Virus record (IMG/VR): IMGVR_UViG_3300001528_000174
Coordinates: 1 to 64,000 of that record
Direction: 5' to 3' (one strand)
Source: a virus
Taxonomy: Duplodnaviria > Heunggongvirae > Uroviricota > Caudoviricetes
DNA length: 64,000 bases
In this document: in pieces, positions 50,936 through 63,843 of the stretch
Position numbering within the stretch: position 1 is the stretch's first letter
Layout of the letters: each line of letters starts with the position of its first letter
The notes under the pieces: model-generated
Seen by the model: only the letters and a program-made list of their open reading frames with translations
Database searches by the model: none
What the model was told of the DNA's origin: nothing
Position numbers and translations under genes: made by a program

Positions 50936-52239
50936 TGGGACTTAAATATTAGGGTGACTCAACTCTTGGAGTTTCATTAACTATGCAAACTCCAAAACCT
51001 TTAGATGCAAGATTAGTTGTAGATACTAGAGCAGATTTATATACTATTCCTGCAAAATATGCTTATAATGGAATGCCTGTAGTATGTGTTGCAGATGGTA
51101 ATATTTATACGTTAATAGATAAAAATAACATAAAAGAAGCTGTTGGATGGAAGGCTTCTTACGAATCTATCTAGATAATAACTTGTACAGAGTAGGAATA
51201 TAAATAGTGGTAGAGCAATACTAACGAGAACTTTACTCCTAAAGATGATAGTTAGACTTGGTTACATCAAGATACTTATTATTACATATATGAAGGTAGC
51301 ATTGATGATAAGGGTCAATATTATGTTTCATATTCTTAGTTTGAAGACTTAACTAATTAGGTAAATAAGAAAGCTACTATATCATCTTTAAATAATTTAT
51401 CTGAAAAAACTGATAAAGCTCTACAAGATTTAGCCAATGTATATGCTACTCTTGATGATATAGATAGTTCTAATCCAGATTCTAAACTATCTAAAACTCT
51501 TGATAATTACTACACTAAAGAAAAAGTAGATGATACTTTTGTAACCAAAGAGAGCCTTAGAGGTGAAGGTATAGAAGGAGATGATTTTGTATTTGTAACA
51601 TAGACTACCTATAATAAAGACCAGCAGAATCTAGAAGAGTATAAGAAACAAACTTTAGAAGAATTATTCAATAAAGTTGATACTAACAGTGATGCAGAAT
51701 TAAAGTCTATATCTAATAATGGTAATAAATTAGTTATTAATAAATAGCTTACTATCAATGGGGATTCTTTAGCTTTAGATAAGAATGTCCCTAAAATAGT
51801 AGTGATGGATTAGCAGGAATACGATAACTTAGAAACTAAAGACCCTGACATTTATTATATGACTCATGGTACGGAATCGGATAATGGAGGTATGATTACT
51901 AGTGAGTTTTTAGAAACTAATTATTATAGTTAGGCATAGGTAATTGATTTATTTAATCAAGCTTTAAATAATTTATTTACTGTTTCTGGAAAGGTATTAG
52001 AATTAGGAACAAGTGCATTAAATATGATTTTGGTAGATAAACCTACTGATTAGATTTTTGAATATGATGGAGAAATTCATACTTTAAATAGTACTGATAA
52101 TTATAATGTCGTAGGTGAAGGAGGGTCAGAACCAGGAACTTATAGATTTAAAGTGGCTTTAAGAGCTGGTAAAAGATGGAAGGATAATACCAATACTCCG
52201 ATATTTATAACTTATATTATTAATTAGAAAACTGAATAA
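50935..52239 (+). CDS. TAG-recoded tail-fibre-associated protein of ~434 aa
   Basis: Includes track ORF 50983..51174 in frame. Ends TAA, overlapping the ATG of the DGR target as taATG. Confidence 0.4.
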
Positions 52240-54293
52240 TGCAAACATTAAGTCAATTAAAAATTGGTGATATTATATATGATTTAGCTGCTAAATTTGA
52301 TGCAAATGATAATAATATCCAAGATACTTATTCTACAAAAGAATATGTATCATAGAAAATATCTGAACTAGTAGGATCAGCACCTGAAACTTTAGATACT
52401 TTAAATGAATTAGCAGAAGCTTTAGGAAAAGATCCTAATTTTGCAACTACTATAGCCACTCAATTAGGAAATAAAGTAGATAAAGTAGAAGGTAAATAGT
52501 TATCTACAGAAGATTTTACAACTGCTTTGAAAGTATTATTGGAAAGTCTTCCAGAGCAAATAACTAACAAGTATAATAAACCTTCAGACGGTATTCCTAA
52601 AATAGATTTATCAAAAGAAGTTTAGAACTCTTTAAATAAAGCAGATAGTGCTATACAAGATATTTCTAGTAAATTAGATACTTCTATTTATGAAAGTGAT
52701 AAAGAGACTTTTGCTTTAAAAACAGAAATACCCACTACATTACCAGCTAGTGATGTTAGTACTTGGGCTAAAGCTTCTACGAAACCTGTATATACTGCTG
52801 AAGAAATTGGTTTAGATAAAGTGAATAATACCTCCGATATAGATAAACCAATATCAACAGCTACTTAGACAGCGTTAAATTTAAAAGTAGATAAAGTAGA
52901 AGGTAAATAGTTATCTACTAACGATTACTCTAATGAAGAAAAAGAAAAAGTACAGTAGTTAGGAGCAAGTGTACAATCATTAACTTAGAGTGTAGCTGAT
53001 ATTCAAGGTATAGAAGAATTATTATCTTACGGTATTAGTTTTGATTCTACAGTAGCTGACCCTAAATGTACTAGAGTCGGTAATCCTCTACTACATAAAT
53101 CTTTACCTATACAATCTTAGTACAAAGGTTGTATTGTTAAAGATGGAGTTTTACAATATTATTTGGACCCAAATGATTGGTCTAAAAAAGCGAACTCTGG
53201 AGTTATTGCTGGAAATAATGGCACAGAAGCAGGTTCAGGAGTAACTGTTGGTAACTCTTCTTAGGAGGATGCTGTTTTGGATGGTACAGATGGAGAAGTA
53301 TGTGTGGAAACTCCAGAATTTTATTTAAAATGTACTACTGTAGGGAATATTACTACTATTCGCGAATCATTACAATAGATAGATGCTGATTATAAGAAAA
53401 TCCCATCTATGTTTATAGACGCTTATAGAGGTACTGTAAATGACTCTAAATTACGCTCTGTAGTAAATACTAGTGCAGAATTTAGGGGAGGTGCTAATAA
53501 CTCAAGTTATGATTCTTATTTAGAATCCGACCCATTTAAATGTTTACTTGGAAAGCCTAGAACCAATATCACAAGAGCAAATTTCAGAACTTATGCTAGA
53601 AATATTGGTAAGGAATTATTATCTTATGATCAATACAAAGCAATATTCTATTGGAATTATATAATTGAGTATGCTAATTTTAATTCTTAGTTAGATTATA
53701 ATGCCAATTTAACTTCTGAAGGCTATCATCAAGGGGGTCTTGGAGCAGGACTTACGACATGGGATTGGTCAAGTTGGAGTACTTATAATGGTAATAATCC
53801 TATTACTCCATGTGGTTACGGTAATAATATTGGTAATTTTACAGGCATTAAAACTATCACAGCAGGCAATAAGACTTTCTCAATGCCTCGTTGGAGAGGA
53901 TTTGATAATCCTTTTGGTGATATTTGGACAAATGTTGATGGATGTGTTTTGAAGATTCCAAATATGTATATAATATTAAATAAAGATGATTATACAGACA
54001 ATTTAGATAATATTAAGTACAGTCGTATGTATTCTAACTTACCTACCTCAGAAGGTTATATAAAATCATTTTAGTTAGGTGAATATGCAGATATGGTTCC
54101 TAAAACTGTCGGCGGTAACGCTTCTATATATATGTGTGATTATTATTGGCAAAATTCTAACTTAAATACACTGCTGGTGGGGGGCAGCGTGGATAATGGT
54201 TCTAGTGCGGGTCTCACCTACTTCAACGGCGACCTTTCCGTCGGCAGCACTTACGCCACTGTCGGCGCGCGCGGCGTATGTTTGAAGAAGTAA
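52239..54293 (+). CDS. Tail fibre / receptor-binding protein of 684 aa that is the DGR target gene. It carries a C-terminal C-type-lectin-fold variable region and is TAG-recoded.
   Basis: The length 2055 nt equals 685 codons. Track fragments 53409.., 53883.. and 54093..54293 all fall in frame 0 and are linked by TAG codons. The N-terminus has a tail-fibre motif SAPETLDTLNELAEALGKDPNFATT and repeats KVDKVEGK(TAG)LSTEDFT / LSTNDYS. The C-terminus ...GGSVDNGSSAGLTYFNGDLSVGSTYATVGARGVCLKK is encoded by VR1. Confidence 0.7.
54180..54275 (+). repeat. DGR variable repeat VR1 (96 nt), inside the 3' end of the target gene
   Basis: Aligns ungapped with TR 54486-54581. Every one of the ~22 mismatches is at a TR adenine (A to G/T/C in VR), the signature of DGR adenine mutagenesis. 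Confidence 0.8.
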
Positions 54294-54485
54294 TATAATA
54301 CATAGATACAATATAAATTTTAAAATATAGTTGCTGAATATAGTTGTAATTCGGCGGCGTCAGATAAAATACACTGGGTAAAGCTACCAGGGGAAGCGTA
54401 AATTTTGATACTACAGAATCCCAAAGCCTTGGTATAAATAACTGATATAATAGATTTTCCGCTATAGAGAAAAACTAGGCTAGTA

Positions 54486-54581
54486 GGAGGCAACGTGAAT
54501 AATGGTTCTAATGCAGGTCTCACCAACTTCAACAGCAACAATTCCGTCAGCAACACTAACACCAATGTCAGCGCACGCAGC
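54486..54581 (+). repeat. DGR template repeat (TR)
   Basis: The sequence ggaggcaacgtgaataatggttctaatgcaggtctcaccaacttcaacagcaacaattccgtcagcaacactaacaccaatgtcagcgcacgcagc is rich in AAC codons. It is non-coding in its context and sits 165 bp upstream of the RT. Confidence 0.8.
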
Positions 54582-54746
54582 TTATTATTATAGTTAAAAA
54601 TATTATAGTCCGTTTTATGAGAATATTGTGCTATTTATACCATGCCTCTTGGCAAAAAATAACGTGGATTATAAGTCTTCATATCTGGCTTAGTAGTTAC
54701 GGCGAAAAATCAGAATTTATAATAATACTAATTTAAAATAAGAAAA

Positions 54747-56006
54747 ATGAAACGGAAAGGTGGCTTAATAAAAGAAATTAGCAGTTTTTCTAATGTAAGA
54801 TTAGCTGATAATTATGCAAGACAAAATACTAAAAGTAAACATGAAGTATATGTGCACGACAGTAACCAAGATGAAGAAAATATTATGTTATCAGAGAGTT
54901 TAAAAAATGGAACTTATAAAACCTCTAAATATAAAACTTTCTCTATTTTTGAACCTAAAGAAAGATTAATATTTAAATTACCTTATTATCCCGATAGGAT
55001 AGCACATCATTCCATAATGAATGTGCTAAAACCTATTTGGATAAAAACTTTTATACATCAAACTTATTCTAGTATAGAGGGAAGAGGTATTCATATGTTA
55101 AAACATGAATTATATAAAGTATTAAAAGAACACCCTGAAGAAACTACATATTGTTTAAAAATGGATGTGCATAAGTTTTACCCATCTTTAAATCATGAAA
55201 TATTAAAAACTTAGGTACGAAAGAAAATAAAAGATCCAAAAACATTAGTACTATTAGATGAAATAATAAATTCTACAGATTCTCTAACTCCTGGAGTTGG
55301 AGTTCCTATAGGAAATTATTTATCTCAATATTTTGCTAATGTATATTTATCTGAGTTTGACCATATTATGAAAGAAAAATGGAAATGTAAATTTTATTTT
55401 CGATATGCTGATGATATGGTAGTATTATCTAGTAGTAAGGAGTGGTTACATAATATTTTAGATAAAATAAAAAATTATTTTGAAGTTAACTTAAAACTCG
55501 AATTAAAACCTAATTATCAGATATTTCCAGTGGAATCTAGAGGTATAGATTTTGTTGGATATGTATTTAGACATGATTATGTACTACTTAGAAAATCAAT
55601 TAAAAAGAAACTTAATAAATTAGTATCTAAATATTAGAAAAAGAAAATTGATAAAGAGACTTTTAAAAAATCTTTAATGTCTTATAAAGGATGGCTATAG
55701 CATTGTGATGCTATACATTTAGCTAATTCTATATATAATAAAACTAAAATAAGAGTCTTTATATGGAATGGAAAAAAAGTAAATATATCTTCTTTCTATA
55801 ATAAATATATATGGGTAATTCGATTAACTAGACATAAGAAATTCTTTGAAATATGTTTTAAATATAAAGGTCAAAAATATATAACTAAATCTCAAAATTG
55901 GTTATTATATAACAAGATAAAATTTAGAAAACGACCATTTTATTTTAAATATGACAGAAATAAATTCAAACTCACCTCTCTAGAAGATTTAGAGATTGGG
56001 AAATAA
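54747..56006 (+). CDS. DGR reverse transcriptase of ~419 aa, itself containing 3 in-frame TAG codons
   Basis: Track fragments 54747..55214 and 55368..55637 share a frame. Motifs are FEPKERLIFKLPYYPDRIAHH (RT domain 1-2), GVPIGNYLSQYFANVYL, and the catalytic FRYADDMVVL (YxDD). A C-terminal extension SLMSYKGWL(TAG)HCD reaches TAA at 56004-56006. Confidence 0.85.
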
Positions 56007-56300
56007 TACTTATTATTATAATTATATAATTGAAGTAACTGAAATAATTACTTAGGAAAATGAAACTGTTCCTTTATATAGGTATATTCAGGTACATCTT
56101 AATGGGCAGCCTGAATATAAGCAAATAGTACAAGCAGTTTTAAGAGAATATATTAGTCAAAATGAAGAATTTGATTTAATAAATTCCTATAATAGTTATC
56201 AGAATAAATTGATAGATGATGAATCTGTTGTTACTAAGTATTTAAATTATTTAAAATTAGTTTAGGAAATTAAAACTAATATTAAAAAAGACATAAACAA

Positions 56301-56522
56301 ATGATATATCGAAACGGTAAATTAATTACAGAAGTTCATTAGAATCTTAAAGAATTTATCAATTAGGTATAGCAAATTGTTTAGAGAGATATTGGTGCAA
56401 TATATAAAGGTTCTTAGTTAGTCTGGGTAACTGTTTATAATGCTATTAAAAGTTGTTTTGGTAGTGGTACATGGTTACAAGATAAACCTTGGTTAGATAA
56501 TGACTTTTGGAAAAATAATTAA
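56301..56522 (+). CDS. Small hypothetical protein of ~73 aa with several in-frame TAGs
   Basis: Reads MIYRNGKLITEVH(TAG)NLKEFIN(TAG)V(TAG)QIV(TAG)RDIGAIYKGS(TAG)LVWVTVYNAIKSCFGSGTWLQDKPWLDNDFWKNN. Confidence 0.25.
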
Positions 56523-56572
56523 TACAAATGGCAATTTAGAATTTAAATAAACAAGATTAGCTAGATTTAACA

Positions 56573-59500
56573 ATGAATTGGGATGGTACTACAGGTTAGT
56601 AGGTAGAAGATTTAATATCAAGACATTTACCTGCTAATATGGAGTATGATGGTACTGACAATATACTTACTATTTCCAATAGCAATGGAGATACTATTGT
56701 CTCAGCAGAAGTAAGTGTTGCTCAACCTATATATACTCACTCAATTCAAATTGAAGGAATTTACTTTAATAATACTAGCTCTGAAAATTAGATAAATAAA
56801 GATTCAATACTTTGTAAACTAGGTACTAGGATATATCTTGGAGTTAGATATACCTACACTGCTACTAATCCGTTAACTAATAATACAACTCATGTCGGAA
56901 GTACCCAGAAGGTATTTATAAACATTGGAAATGGATATATTTAGTTAGAATCAGGTATTAAGTCCTCTCCTGATGTATAGTATATAGAAATTACAAACTT
57001 ATATACTAAAGTAACCTCTTCTAATGTATCTATACGTGTTACTGCTTCTGCTGATATAGAAGATAAAACAGTAACAGCTACAACTCCGAAGAAAGTATAG
57101 GTAATCAATCCTATATTAAGGTATTCAAATGATAGCTATATTGTTTCAGGTACAGCTAGTTTCCAAGTATAGGATGGGGGCGACGTATCTTATTTACTTT
57201 ACTATAAAATTAATGATTCAGTAGTTAAGAATCAAGATAACTTAACTTTAGCATTAACTGAATCTGGAGTAAATAAGATTGAAGCTTATGTAGAAGTAGC
57301 TAATAATGCTTCTATCAAGTCTTAGACTTTAAATGTGTAGGTAATAAATACTGGTGGTGTTACAACATTTGATAAAGTATTATATGCAATAAATGAAATT
57401 AGTGCTGATGTAAATAACTGGGAATTTAGTAAGCTATATAAATTATCTATATACTTCAAAGGGTAGTCTTAGGAGGAATCTACTATAATTACTAAACTTA
57501 CTGACACAGGTAACTCAGAATCATACCATTTAAATAAAACTAAGACAATAACTCTAACTGGAGATACTGGTGTAATTGAATAGGATATTAGTTACTTCTT
57601 AGGAATAACTGCATCCTAGAAAGATTTTAGTACAGTCTTAGTAGTAAATATAGATGGTGAAGATACAATTTCTTTTGATAATTCTACTATTATTAAAATC
57701 TTCAATGAAGGCTCATATAGTTATACTCCTAACTGTGCTTATTACTTTGATTAGTATTCTCCTGACAATTCTAATATTGTAACGAAAGATGTTATTGCCA
57801 AAACGATTTCTCCTGATGGATTAATTACTGATGATACTTTAACGGTATTTAGATTGTCTGCTGGAAATTACCCTAATAATATTATTAATTTAGATTTATC
57901 TAATTAGCTAACTACATAGGGATTTACTTTTGAATTAGATTTTAAATCCTATAATATTAGTGATGAATCTAAACCTTTATTAAAGTTAGGTAGATTCATA
58001 TTATATCCTACAGAACTTAATTGGCAGTATGGTAATGTAGATACTTCTTAGGTAGATACTACTGCTAAGAGTTCTATATTTTATGGAGATACTAGAACAC
58101 ATATTTTAATTGAAGTTGTTCCTAATTTTAAAATACCTAAGAGAGAGTTCCCAAAAGATACCATTTCATTGGTAGATAAGACTATAAATTTAGTAAGAGT
58201 ATTTATTAATGGTTGTATCGCCCGTGAGTATAAATATGATTACTTACAAGATTTTTAGTATAATGGATTTAACCTAGAAATTAATCCTGAATCTGCTGAC
58301 TTTGATATTTATGGAATTAGGGTATATAACAAAGCTTTAACATTAAAAGAAATACAAGATAATTATGTATCTACAATGTCTTCGGTCACTGAAAAATCTA
58401 AATTTTAGTAGTTAAATGATTTAGTAGCTACAGATTCCAATAATGATACTTACATATCTTATAATAAAGTTAAGTAGCTTTATAATACTTTAGTATATAT
58501 AATTCCTAATAGACCGAAAGAATTAACTAGATATGAATACCCTCATTAGTTCTCTTTGAAGAAAGGAGAAGTTCTAGAAGGTTGTACCGTATTTATTAAT
58601 TATGTAAATAGTATAGCAACTGATAGTTCTCATATCTTAACGGATGCTTAGATAAATCGTTGTTCTGGTAGATTTATTAATGCTAATGTAAGTGGTCAAG
58701 GAACTTCTGCAATGAAGTATTACTGGTATAATATTCAAATGAAGAAACCTAAGTTTACTTCGTAGGGATGTTATAATGAAGAACTTGATGATTATGTAGA
58801 ACCTACAGATGAAAATCCAAATAACTACTAGTACAATAGTAAATACTACTATATGCCAGAGGATGAAAATTGTACTATTGGTATAAATAAGTCATGTGGT
58901 AAGTTTAATTATGCTTCCTCTATGCAGTCTCATAAGATAGGAGCTGTTAAGGCTTTTCATGATTTGTGGAATGCTTGTGTTGATAAATCCGATTTTACAG
59001 AAGATGAAATAAAAGGAAGAAAAGCTTGTCTCGAAGATGTATTTATAGCATTCTATGTTAATTCAGATTTAGAGGATGTGTCTAACTATAAGTTATCTGA
59101 CTTAGCTTAGTTAGATGATTCTAAAATAATGTTTGCAGGATTCTAGACTTGGGGTTCAGCTAAGGGGGATAAGAATACATTTGGCTATTCCGATGAAACT
59201 CCTGGATATATCTTATTAGAAGGTGCTGAAAATAACGGTGAACTATGTAACTGGTTAGCTCCTTGGAGTCCTAATGTAGTGGAATTAAGTGGAGAAACTT
59301 GGAAAACCAAATAGTTAGAGGTAAGCTCTGATGGTTCTACAAAGTATTCTTTATCTGATTCATTTGATGTAGACTTTGGATTAAATGATGCTGATGAAAC
59401 AGGCAGCACAATGTCTACTGAAGGATAGAAAACTTTAAATAAATTTATAGAAGCATATAATTTTGCTTATATGCATACTATTAATTTATTGCCTTATAAA

Positions 59501-62500
59501 GAGACTTATTCATTGAATGATTCTCGTAATAGTCTTGACCCTAATAAGAAATATTATATTACAAGTATTAACTATTAGGATAACACATATTTTAAAGGCT
59601 CTCAATGGGATGTATTTAGATATGATACATATTCTAAATTATGGGTTCCTGCTGGTTTACCTGTTTTAAATGAAAATGGTACTTAGAAACTATCCTCTGT
59701 TAGAAGTGCTTATAATACTGATGTCTATGAGTATGAAACATTTAACTTAAAGACATTCCATCAATAGTTAGGAACTTCTGGTACTGAGAATATTAACACT
59801 TATATATCTGATTTAAAAACCGATTTTAAAAATAACTTTGGTAAATACTATCATGTAGATGATATAATTTATCATCAAGCTTATATTAGATTATTTGCGG
59901 GTACTGATAATAGAGCTAAGAATACTTACTTTAAATTATTTAATAAAGACTGTAAGATTTAGTTGCTACAAGATGACCTTGACACCATTTTAGCTACTGA
60001 TAACCGAGGTCTTTAGAATAAACCTTATTTCTTATTAGAACCTTCTCTAGAATCTGATAAAACATATCAATCAATGTGGGGCGGTGCTAGTGCATTCTTT
60101 GAGTTAATAGATATAGCCTATAAAGAAGAAATAGATGCTATGTTACTAAAAATGTTAACTCAAATGAAATTTACAGATGGCAGTAACACTTCTCTTGATT
60201 CTTGGATGACTAAGTATTTCTATTATGTACAAAATTATTATCCAGCTGTAACATTTAATTATGTAGCAAGATTAGCTTATGAAGCAGCATAGTTATTCTA
60301 TGACAATCGTTCAATAACTGGAAAAAACTGGACTAATAATGGACAAGACCCACTATCACAAGAACATGGAAGTTGTTTACCAAGTGAAATTGCTTTTATG
60401 CGGAAGCGTTTGACTATGTTTATTAGTTAGGCACGATTAGCACAATTTGGTAGAGAAGGTGTAGGTATACCACTTAAAGTATCGGAAAATTCTTCGGAGG
60501 ATGCTCAACATTATGATGTTAATATTACTCCATATTAGTATTTATACTTGGGCTATTTAGTTGGTAGTGTAAGTAACTTATATACTAATAAGAGAATTGC
60601 TGCTGGAGAAACTTTAAAAGTAACTGTTGATATGCCAAATGGTACACCATCGTACTATGTAACAGGAGATGAATATATTTCTAAGTTTGATAATTTTAGT
60701 CAGGTATTATTTAATAAAGGAACTTATTCACTTACTACTCCAAAATTATTAGAGTTTTCTGCCAATACAGGTACAGATGAATTACCTTTATTCTAGCCAC
60801 CATATTTAACCCTTGATTGCAAGGTTTTAGAGAAGTTAGATTTAACTAATGTACGTTCTTTAACTACTATAAATCTTGACTCAGACCATACTCCTAAATT
60901 AAAGGAAGTTATTTTAACAGGAACTAATATATCTAATGTTACTTTACCTATTGGTAGTAGATTAACTAAGATACATTATCCAGCTGCTTTAACTAATTTA
61001 GTTATTTCTAATAATGAAGGACTTGAAGAAGTTAAGTTTGAAGGATTAAATAATTTAGAGACTGTTGATATTAACTGTGCTAAAGTTGGACAATTTGATA
61101 TTACAAACTTCTGTGAATAGTTAATATCTTGTCCTAGTCTTAAGTCTGTTACTTTGAGAAATCTAAATAATAAGATTTCACTAGAAGCATTAGAGAAACT
61201 TATATTATTGCAAGCAAAACTTACAGGTACATTAACTATTGCTAATTCAGGTAACTAGTTAGAAGGTATTAGTTATACTGATAAGATTAATTTAGTTAAT
61301 TTATATGGAAATATAGACTCTGATTCTAATAGTTTATACATTAAATATAAAGAGACTATTGCTTATAGTATTTCTTGTGAAACTGAAATATCTATCTATG
61401 GTCAAGGATATTCAGGAAATCCATTTGGTTTAAGCCTTGATGGTAACAATATAGCTTTAATCACAGAAGGTGGTAAAGTAATTCCCGATATTACTTATAG
61501 ATTTAATACAGACGTATCTGATGTAGCTACTATAAATAACAGAACAGGTGTTATTACTTTGAAACAAGCATCTTCTTCTAAAACTACTACAGCTACAATC
61601 ACTGTAAAATTAAAGAATGGAAATACTTTAACTTCTAAGACTATTAATATTTATTTTGCTTGGAAAGCTCCAGAAATAGGAAACTTTGTATATGCAGATG
61701 GTACTTATTCAAGTGCATATATGACCAGTAAGACATTAATGGGATTGATATTTGCTATAGATAAGACTACGGATAACTCAGGTACTGCTTATATCGTGGG
61801 TAAAGAATATCTAGACCCTCAATATGTAGGTTATTCAAATGAAGCAAATCAAGAGGCTTCAGATGCTAGAAAAGACTTATATAATGTTAAATTCTGGCTA
61901 AATAATCAAGTTTCAGGTTTAGGAGATACATATTACAATAGTAAAAATGTAACAAGTAACATGGACTCTGATGCTAGTTAGGCTATTACATTAACTTCAT
62001 TTAGTTAGAAGAGTCCTTCTACATTTACAGGTAAGGCTGATACTAAAGCGTATGTGGATAATGTAAACAATACCTTACTGCCTCTTATAGTAAAAACGTA
62101 CCCATCCTTAATTAATGCTTCAGGTGATACTTATAGTATAACTTCTAGATAGAACTTAGATGCATTATTAAATAGTATACCTAATATAGCTAGTTAGAGT
62201 TTAGAGTAGATGTAGTGTTTACTATATCCATACTTCTATGAGACTTACTTATATGAACCTACAGTGACTGATTCTGAAAGGAATACAGAAGTTTTTTAGA
62301 CATATTTTAGTAAAGGTAACTGGTATGTCCCATCTTATTAGGAGCTAGCTACTTTGATTTATTATAGAGGCTATAGTGCAGCTGGAGATAATTTCTCTAC
62401 TGGCGATATTCCATTGAAATCTAACATATCAGATTCTATAACCAAAGGTTCAGGCGATTTAAAGAATCCTATTTTCTCTACTGCTTATAAAAATGCAGGT

Positions 62501-62761
62501 AATTATATGCCAGCAGTATGGAATACCTTAGCAGATTCTAATAACTTATGTACTAATGTAGATATTAGTAGTCATAACTATACTTATTAGGAGATAAGCA
62601 ATTATTCTTCTAGTGGTTATTTATATAGTTATCAATGGGTGCCGGGAACTAATGACGGAAATAACATTGGAATGGGTACTTCAGCAGCTGCGTATAATGG
62701 TTGGAGATTATTAAAACATAGACCTTTACCATGTGTACAATTTAAATATCAATAGAAATAA
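56573..62761 (+). CDS. Giant tail / virion protein of ~2062 aa with ~60 in-frame TAG codons and a leucine-rich-repeat region
   Basis: Track fragments 58853.., 60074.., 60548.., 61559.. and 62354.. are all in frame 2. TAG positions 57323, 58256 and 61118 were verified in frame. There is an LRR-like stretch near 60.8-61.2 kb (LDLTNVRSLTTINLDSDHTPKLKEVILTGTNISNVTLPIGSRLTKIHYPAALTNLVISNNEGLEEVKFEGLNNLETVDINCAKVGQFDITNF). Ends TAA at 62759-62761. Confidence 0.55.
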
Positions 62762-63266
62762 TGGAATAGTTAAATATTAATATAGTCAAAAATTCTTCAT
62801 ATACATTAGATGAAATATTTAATATATATAAAGAAGCATTTCCAACTAATGAATAGTGGGCTGAAATACTTAAAATGAGAGAAGGAGTTTTAAATTTCTT
62901 CTCTCTAAAAGATATTTTTAAAAAAGCCATAAGTCATTATGATAAGTCTATCTATGTTAATTCTTTCTATTACTAGAATAAATAGTACTGGTTAGACAAA
63001 GATACTAGAATTGGACTTTTTAGATTGATAGATAGTGGGGCTACATAGATTACTCTTTAGTTAAATGACAACTATTTGATTATTAACTCTGACAAGTTAA
63101 AAGAATTTCTTAACTAGTTAGAAATATATGCTGGTAAATGTTTTGCAATTACTGCCGAGCATTTACAAAATATAAAACAATTAGGTACTACTGAAGAATT
63201 ACTTAACTATGACTACACTGCTAAATATCCAAATAAGGTTATTTTAAATGAAAATTAGTGTTAAAA
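62761..63266 (+). CDS. TAG-recoded hypothetical protein of ~167 aa
   Basis: Reads ME(TAG)LNINIVKNSSYTLDEIFNIYKEAFPTNE(TAG)WAEILKMREGV.... The ATG overlaps the upstream stop as taATG. Confidence 0.35.
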
Positions 63267-63843
63267 AAGATATTGGGCTAGGAGTCAAAGATTCTTAGCC
63301 CAATTCTGTTTCTATACGTGTTCAGCTACCGAAAGAACCCTCAACTATTAAACCTAAAATAACTATTCCGGTAATAAAAAAAGAAGAAAAAATATTGGAT
63401 AAAGAAATTATTCAATTACCTAAAATAGTTGAACCTATTAAACAAACTTACGGAATAATTCATAATGAGCAGCCTGTTATTAAATAGGAACCTTCTAAAG
63501 AGCTAAATAAAGACTCTATCCTGGATAAAGTAGAAACAGGATTTGGTGATGAAAATACATTACATAAAGAGTGTCCAAAACCTAAATTTCATTAGCACCT
63601 ATGTAAGGAGAATTTTTTTAGTGAGTTTAAAACAGAAATAGAAAAGTAGTTAGCTAGAGATAATCTAGGAGTATATAGTAAACTTCAAATAGACTAGTTT
63701 TTAAAAGATTTAACTAATATAGATACTTCATCATTTATTACCAAAGATGACTTTGAAGCAGCTATATAGGATTTAGATTTTGTTAAATCTTCTTTAAAAG
63801 CTAATATAGATTATAATATACCAGAAAATTTATTTAAATTATG
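63248..63843 (+). CDS. TAG-recoded hypothetical protein of ~198 aa
   Basis: Reads MKISVKKDIGLGVKDS(TAG)PNSVSIRVQLPKEPSTIKPKITIPVIKKEEKILDKEII... and ends TGA. Confidence 0.35.

Noticed and set aside
53740-53952. Plus-strand 70-aa ORF inside the DGR target gene
   Set aside because: It is an alternative frame of the 684-aa tail-fibre gene. The frame-0 reading through TAG is continuous and carries the VR.
54320-54565. Minus-strand 81-aa ORF overlapping the DGR TR, considered as a possible avd accessory gene
   Set aside because: It is simply the antisense of the TR and spacer. It lacks the basic helical character of Avd and runs through the template.
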